The notes under the pieces were generated by a model. The model saw only the letters and a list, made by a program, of their open reading frames with translations, ran no database searches and had not been told where the DNA came from. From the NCBI GenBank assembly GCA_963796455.1, contig CAWCLO010000001.1, positions 167,372 through 231,371 of the forward strand: 64,000 nt of DNA. Reading direction: 5' to 3'. Each line of letters begins with the position of its first letter. Position 1 is the stretch's first letter. The DNA comes from Candidatus Sulfomarinibacteraceae bacterium (GTDB lineage: Bacteria > Acidobacteriota > Thermoanaerobaculia > Thermoanaerobaculales > Sulfomarinibacteraceae). Below, one piece after another: positions 59,205-64,000 of this stretch. The translations under genes and the position numbers were made by a program.

Positions 59205-59639
59205 TTAGAATGGAGCTTCTGACTCAACGCCGAGTTGCGGATCGCCAGAATGGTCATAGCTCGACCAGAGGATGCCGTCGGCGCTCAACATCGTGACCTC
59301 ACCAACCGCCACAAAATGTCCGTTGACTCAACCAATACTGTTCAAGTCGTTGAGGCCTGCGTTGGATCGAAAAGTCCAGGTCACGCCGTCACTGCTCGAC
59401 AGCACTCTTTGATGGCCGACGGCCACAAAAGTGGATCCATTCCATGCAATCCCATTCAGGTCGCCAGAAGCGACGGAAAATCTTTTTGTCCATTCAATTC
59501 CGTCAGGGCTTGTGGCGATTTCACCGCTCTCGCCGACTGCAACGAAAACTCCATTCCTTCATGCGATGTCGTGCAGGTCAGCGTTTGTTCCGGAATCTCG
59601 CGCCGTCCACCGACCACTCTCTTCTTGGGAAGCATTGAC
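59205..59639 (-). pseudogene. 3' remnant of a beta-propeller repeat protein (xGxFVAVGxxGxIxxSxDGxxW repeats) with two in-frame TGA codons
   Basis: My translation is ..DLHDIA*RNGVFVAVGESGEIATSPDGIEWTKRFSVASGDLNGIAWNGSTFVAVGHQRVLSSSDGVTWTFRSNAGLNDLNSIG*VNGHFVAVGEVTMLSADGILWS... It has no start, and a TAA lies immediately upstream (59640-59642). Confidence 0.6.
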
Positions 59640-59808
59640 TTAAGCGATCAAGGTATATCTAAGAATGATCGTAATACTGATTGAGGTGATTGTTCTTTTT
59701 ATTTGCATTTTGAATCTCAGAAGTTTGTATAATTGACGCATAAACGTCTCAGCTGACAAGATCTAAATCAACTATATCCTACGAATTCACATGAATCGGT
59801 GCCGATTC

Positions 59809-60537
59809 TCAATGTTCTGAAAGGTCCCGGGGAATCGCGAAACGTGCCGGATTCAATTCGGGGTTCACCTCGACGTTTTCCAACGTCGACCCATGATCAG
59901 GATGGGATGGGCTTCTCGCCGTCCGGTACACCTTGAACCCGTCCACTTCGATCCAGTTTTCAGGTTCGATCTCGTATTTCCACGACGGGAGCCGAATGTT
60001 CACGGGAAGAAACGTCTTGCCGTCGACAAGGTAGATGACCATGCCGCCCAACGGAAGCTTCACGCTGATCCGGTGGACGGAGTGCCCCTCGTATTCGGTT
60101 GTTTCTACGAGTTCGGCGGGGTATTCAAAATAAGCCGGAATGTATAGAGCGATGTCCATCTCAAAATGGTGCCAATCCTCCTCTGGAATCATGTGTGGGC
60201 CCTTGAGGTCGCCGTTATCGTCACGAGGTCCCGCCAGGAAGGCGGCCCGATCGCCGTCAGAAACGAGAACTACACCCCGGTCCCACTCCTTGCGGACGAG
60301 ATTTGGCCGAGAGATCTCCCAGTTTGTTACACCATCTTTTCCATCTGAATGAAGTTGAAACCTGAGTTTCTTCAATTCTTGAAAACCTTCGCCATATCCC
60401 ATCGCCTCACCGCTTCTCGCGATGATCTCATCAAGGGTGACATTTACGCCTTCCTGCGCCACAAGCGTCTGAGAATACACCCAGCCAAGAATCAGCAAAA
60501 CAACACAACACATCGAGCTATTTCTCATCTTTTCCAC
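59809..60537 (-). CDS. Secreted hypothetical protein (intermediate GC)
   Basis: Signal peptide is SSMCCVVLLILGWVYSQTLVAQ. The ORF is an intact 242 aa. I recognise no family with confidence. Confidence 0.6.
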   Translation of the reverse strand: MEKMRNSSMCCVVLLILGWVYSQTLVAQEGVNVTLDEIIARSGEAMGYGEGFQELKKLRFQLHSDGKDGVTNWEISRPNLVRKEWDRGVVLVSDGDRAAFLAGPRDDNGDLKGPHMIPEEDWHHFEMDIALYIPAYFEYPAELVETTEYEGHSVHRISVKLPLGGMVIYLVDGKTFLPVNIRLPSWKYEIEPENWIEVDGFKVYRTARSPSHPDHGSTLENVEVNPELNPARFAIPRDLSEH

Positions 60538-60700
60538 CTCAGTTAGAGCGTATCATCCAGGAGAAACTGACGACCCCGAGGTTTTCCCAAAATGGTAATG
60601 GTGCCACGTCCGGAATTCCCATAACCACCGGACCTGGTAACCAATTTGGCACTCGAATCGCAATACTCTGAAAATCGAATTCTTGAACCGGAAAGTTCCC

Positions 60701-61741
60701 TCAATTCGATATTTTCATTCTTTTTGCCTCTACAACACAGTAAATTGGTTCATAATCAAGCTTCTCACCAAACTGGGTATATTCAGTCATAATTAGACCA
60801 CATTCCTTTAAGAACAATTCAATTTCTGTTTTAGGATCTTCTGACATATCTATTCCAAATTTCGCAGGTTCTCCCATTTTTTCTATAATTCTAAGAAATT
60901 TTTTCGCCGCTTTTGAAGTCTCACCCAACATGAATGCTTCGGAGTAAAAATCTTGAGCGATGACACTTCCGTCTCCACACGAATTCGCCATTTGTCGAAG
61001 AGTATCTTTCACTATTCCAGAATCCAAATATAAAGAGACACTCTGCCAAAGGAACAGAGTCTTCTTCGTTTTGTCATAATCAACTTCTAACAGCTTTTCA
61101 ATCCATGATTCTTTTGTATAATCAACCGGGATATAGGTGATCCAATCATGTTCTATACCTGCCTTTTTCAGTGTTTCGACTTTGACATTTAGAGTTTGAA
61201 CCTGGTCGAGTTCAAAAACCTTTACATTTTTTCCCTTTGTATAGCGCAAAGCTATGAGATCAAAGCCAGATCCAGGAAGAACAATCTGCTCCATTTCATC
61301 AACGTATTTTTCCATTATCTTGTCAAATGTAATGACCCGAATACCCGCTGTAGAATCTAACGTCTCTTCACCTGGTTCAACGAGTTTTCCAAGTTTAGTG
61401 GTGAAACCAATTACCTTCTGGGAAACGATAAGAGCTCCCATAACAGACCACATTCCAAAATGTGATTCACATGGAAACTCTCTAGTAAACGCAACAGAAA
61501 GAGGATCCGGCCTGGTGTCAAAATAATGCATGAGCCATCTATATTGAAGCGCTTTAATCGCCGAAAATGAGACGCCAAGTTTTTTACTTACTACCATCTC
61601 CTTGTATATCCCCACCACTATTCCAATAATGGCAAAAGGAATGAAGATTATTTGAATCACTATATATAGGATTATTTGAAGAAGGTATTTTAAGAAACGT
61701 AGTATTGCAGGAGGCTTCTTTTTGGGGTTTTTGTCTGTCAA
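60701..61741 (-). CDS. Membrane-anchored class I SAM-dependent methyltransferase (LCMT/O-methyltransferase PF04072-like), low GC
   Basis: The N-terminal TM helices are LLQIILYIVIQIIFIPFAIIGIVVGIY. The MTase blocks are QIVLPGSGFDLIALRY, VKVFELDQVQTLNVKVETLKKAG, YIPVDYTKESW and TLFLWQSVSLYLD. Confidence 0.75.
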   Translation of the reverse strand: MTDKNPKKKPPAILRFLKYLLQIILYIVIQIIFIPFAIIGIVVGIYKEMVVSKKLGVSFSAIKALQYRWLMHYFDTRPDPLSVAFTREFPCESHFGMWSVMGALIVSQKVIGFTTKLGKLVEPGEETLDSTAGIRVITFDKIMEKYVDEMEQIVLPGSGFDLIALRYTKGKNVKVFELDQVQTLNVKVETLKKAGIEHDWITYIPVDYTKESWIEKLLEVDYDKTKKTLFLWQSVSLYLDSGIVKDTLRQMANSCGDGSVIAQDFYSEAFMLGETSKAAKKFLRIIEKMGEPAKFGIDMSEDPKTEIELFLKECGLIMTEYTQFGEKLDYEPIYCVVEAKRMKISN

Positions 61742-61815
61742 ACGATCCTCCTAAATTTGTACTGCGGACCGGGCACTGATTTCAACAAACGTGAAGTTCT
61801 TCGAAGAGGCGGATC

Positions 61816-63461
61816 TCACCTACGAGGTGATTTGATCCCACGAGCACCCGACGGGGTCTCCTCCGGCGCCCGCCTCCCCGCCGCACGATGCGGCCAAACC
61901 ATGCGCTGGCCGACAAAGCTGCGATTGCGCAACCAGGCGTTCGGCCCTCCGGAGCCACCGCGAGGAATAAACGTCAGGTCGTAGAGGGGATCGACAACTC
62001 CGTCGCCATCCAGATCCAGGACAAAGGTGTCGGGGTAGAGCTGCACCAGATCAGTCTGGTAAGTGCCCGATCCTTCGGAATCCAGGAAGGAGATGAAGAA
62101 CCGGTCCTCGCTCCACACAACCTGGGCATCGAAGGGGTTTCCCCGGTTGTCCACGAAGCTGTAGCGACCGGCATACCGAGCCCAGGTCGCCGGATCGGTG
62201 GAGTAGTCGGGTGGCGGAGAATCGTCGAGCTCGAGCACTACATCGACGATACAGGAGGCCGCTGCAGTCAGGTGAATCAGGGTGTTGTCGAGGATCGAAA
62301 CCACAAGCCGCTCCTCGGGCAGCCAGAGCAGTATCGCGCCCCACCCGACGACATTGCCCCCGTGCTGGCGCACATCGAGCCCTTTGTAGATCTCCGCAAA
62401 AACCCCGAAACCGTAGTGCGAAAGGGGAATGTAGTCGAGATAGATATGCCTCCGTTGCATCGCAGCGGCTGACGTGGTCGAGAGCACGGCCCCACCGCCA
62501 TCCATGAGCACCTGTGCCCAACGGGCCAGGTCCGATGCCGTCGAAAAGGCCTGTCCCGCCGGAGCGGCCACCCAGCTGTCGAAAGTGTCGGGAGCGTAGA
62601 TCACCTCATCACCCGACGAAGGCATGGGATGCCCGTATGAGAAGTTGCCAGCGGCCATGACCTCGGAGGGGTCGAATGTCGTCGCGCGTCATCCCTGCGG
62701 CTTCGAAAACCCGTTTCGTAAAGAAGATCCCGGAAAGGAATCCCACTGGCACGTTCGGCCACCAGACCGGCAAGAGAAAATCCGGGGTTGCTGTAGTTCC
62801 AAAACGTGCCGGGCGGCGCGTGCAGCTGCACCCCATCGAGGCCGCCGGCCCACTCACCCAATGCCTCGTCACCTACCGGCCCCAAGGGGTCCTCGTAGTA
62901 GTCAGGAAGGGCGGACGAGTGGGTCAAAAGATGCCGTACCGTGATCAATTCCGCCGGCCACTGTCCGCTCAGTCTCAATTCCGGGATCCAATCCGTCACC
63001 GGCGCATCGAGATCCACCAGCCCGACTTCCACCTGCTGCAGCACAGCTGCAGCAGTGAACATCTTGGTGGCTGATCCAATTCGAAAGCGCGTGTCGGAGT
63101 CAACCCGGTCCGGCCGATTTCGGTGTTTGTAGCCAAAACCGCGATCAAAGATCACCGCGCCATCGAGCATCACCGTCACCGCCGCGCCTGGAGCGCCCAC
63201 CGCTTCCATGTCCGATTCGACGCATTGTGCGATTGCCTCATCCACGGTGGAGGCCGCAGCCGTTCCGGCAGTCAAGTGCAACCCGCGTCGAGACAACGGG
63301 AACCCGGGGCCGAGATCGAGGGTCACAAGCTGTGGCGGGCTCGATGCCGCCACTCTGAAATCGTGGGCATCTTCACCATTGACGTTGAGAGTCAACCCGC
63401 CAAACGCGACACCGAGGACCGATGCGCACCACACGAACAACCACCGCGCCACACGATGCAT
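61816..63461 (-). pseudogene. Class C beta-lactamase/S12 serine hydrolase, secreted, with two closely spaced frameshifts (about 62706-62716 and 62681-62690)
   Basis: Frame A carries the signal peptide, IGSATKMF (SxxK) and YSNPGF (YxN). The sequence then reads ...DLLYE | RVFEAAGMTR | TTFDPSEVMAAGNFSYGH, with each piece in a different frame. The rest lies in ORF 61816..62658. Confidence 0.75.
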
Positions 63462-63643
63462 GGCAACCTCCAGGGTCACGTTGATGTCGGGCGCCAACTC
63501 ACGGGAACTCGCCCTCACAATATATGGCGGCAATCATGGTTCTTAAAGGGGCCGGGCTCATTCATCCTGGGCTTCCCTTGACGTGAGCCCGGCGCGCTAT
63601 ACTCGATCCATTCAAGCGAGACAATGAAACCGGAGGTGTTGCG

Positions 63644-64000
63644 ATGAATAGGAACATCCTCGTAGCGGGCATTCTTGGCGGGATCGTCATGACGCTCTGG
63701 CTATTCGTCTCCAACGGCGTCCTGCCCGTCAAACGGGACCTGTTGAACCAACAACTGCCATTCGATGACCAGCAGGCGCTGCACAACGTCCTGGCCGGCC
63801 ACATCACCGAGACCGGTCACTACTCCGTGCCCTACGTCACTCGGGAGGAGGAGAACCGGTTCCCGGACTACCGGAACCTGCCGGTCTACACGATCCAGTA
63901 CGAGGGGTTGACGCACGGAGAGGGATCGCCGCCGACGCCGGCTCCACTGGTGGCGATCTTCCTGGCTTCACTCATCGCGTCCTGGATGCTCGCCTCGGCG
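63644..64000 (+). CDS. Membrane protein of unknown function, 5' part only (continues past the window end)
   Basis: GGAGGTG lies 5 nt upstream of ATG 63644. The frame stays open to the window end. The N-terminal TM is ILVAGILGGIVMTLWLFV and a second hydrophobic segment is LVAIFLASLIASWML. The ORF track does not list it because it has no stop. Confidence 0.55.
   Translation, partial: MNRNILVAGILGGIVMTLWLFVSNGVLPVKRDLLNQQLPFDDQQALHNVLAGHITETGHYSVPYVTREEENRFPDYRNLPVYTIQYEGLTHGEGSPPTPAPLVAIFLASLIASWMLASA

Noticed and set aside
59205-61741. TGA read as Trp as a general property of this region
   Set aside because: The adjacent low-GC methyltransferase gene terminates at a TGA (60701-60703) at a sensible length, and many genes across the window end in TGA. 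Only the dead propeller fragment shows internal TGA, so nonsense mutation is the default explanation.

Overview
This is a 64-kb high-GC bacterial chromosomal segment. A hand-counted 100-nt sample at 20161-20260 gave 66% G+C. It is densely packed with about 50 protein-coding genes. I recognised no rRNA, tRNA, CRISPR array, transposase, integrase or phage gene.

The host looks like a diderm heterotroph. Evidence is an Omp85-type and an OmpW-like beta-barrel, many Sec, TAT and lipoprotein signal peptides, and a strong bias toward secreted peptidases: S15 CocE/NonD, two M14, M20, M24, S9 DPP-IV, M15 VanX-type and two S12 serine hydrolases. Amino-acid and solute transporters are also present. The lineage cannot be resolved from this window.

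The best-supported pathway call is a contiguous bacillithiol biosynthesis operon, bshC-bshB1-bshA (27.2-30.7 kb, minus strand).

I did not find a convincing multi-gene novel system such as a defence island. The observations most worth a second look are:
- A four-helix-bundle (23S-IVS/Avd-like) gene is bracketed by inverted GCTG-rich repeats. A gene-less second copy of the element lies 25 kb away.
- A short FxD[GS]FESG..[AD]WS motif is shared by three unrelated secreted proteins. In two of them it forms a near-identical extreme C-terminal tail.
- A translationally coupled M14 pair has a first member that has lost all three zinc ligands.
- A roughly 2-kb low-GC insert (34% in a hand-counted sample) carries a membrane-anchored LCMT-like methyltransferase. 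It sits inside a zone of decayed genes (57.6-63.5 kb) that includes a beta-propeller remnant whose only two internal stops are TGA at Trp-aligned positions.

Several otherwise intact genes carry single frameshifts, in two traced cases at homopolymer runs. This looks like sequencing or assembly error, so pseudogene calls should be treated with caution. All start coordinates are inferred by eye from signal peptides and Shine-Dalgarno-like motifs.
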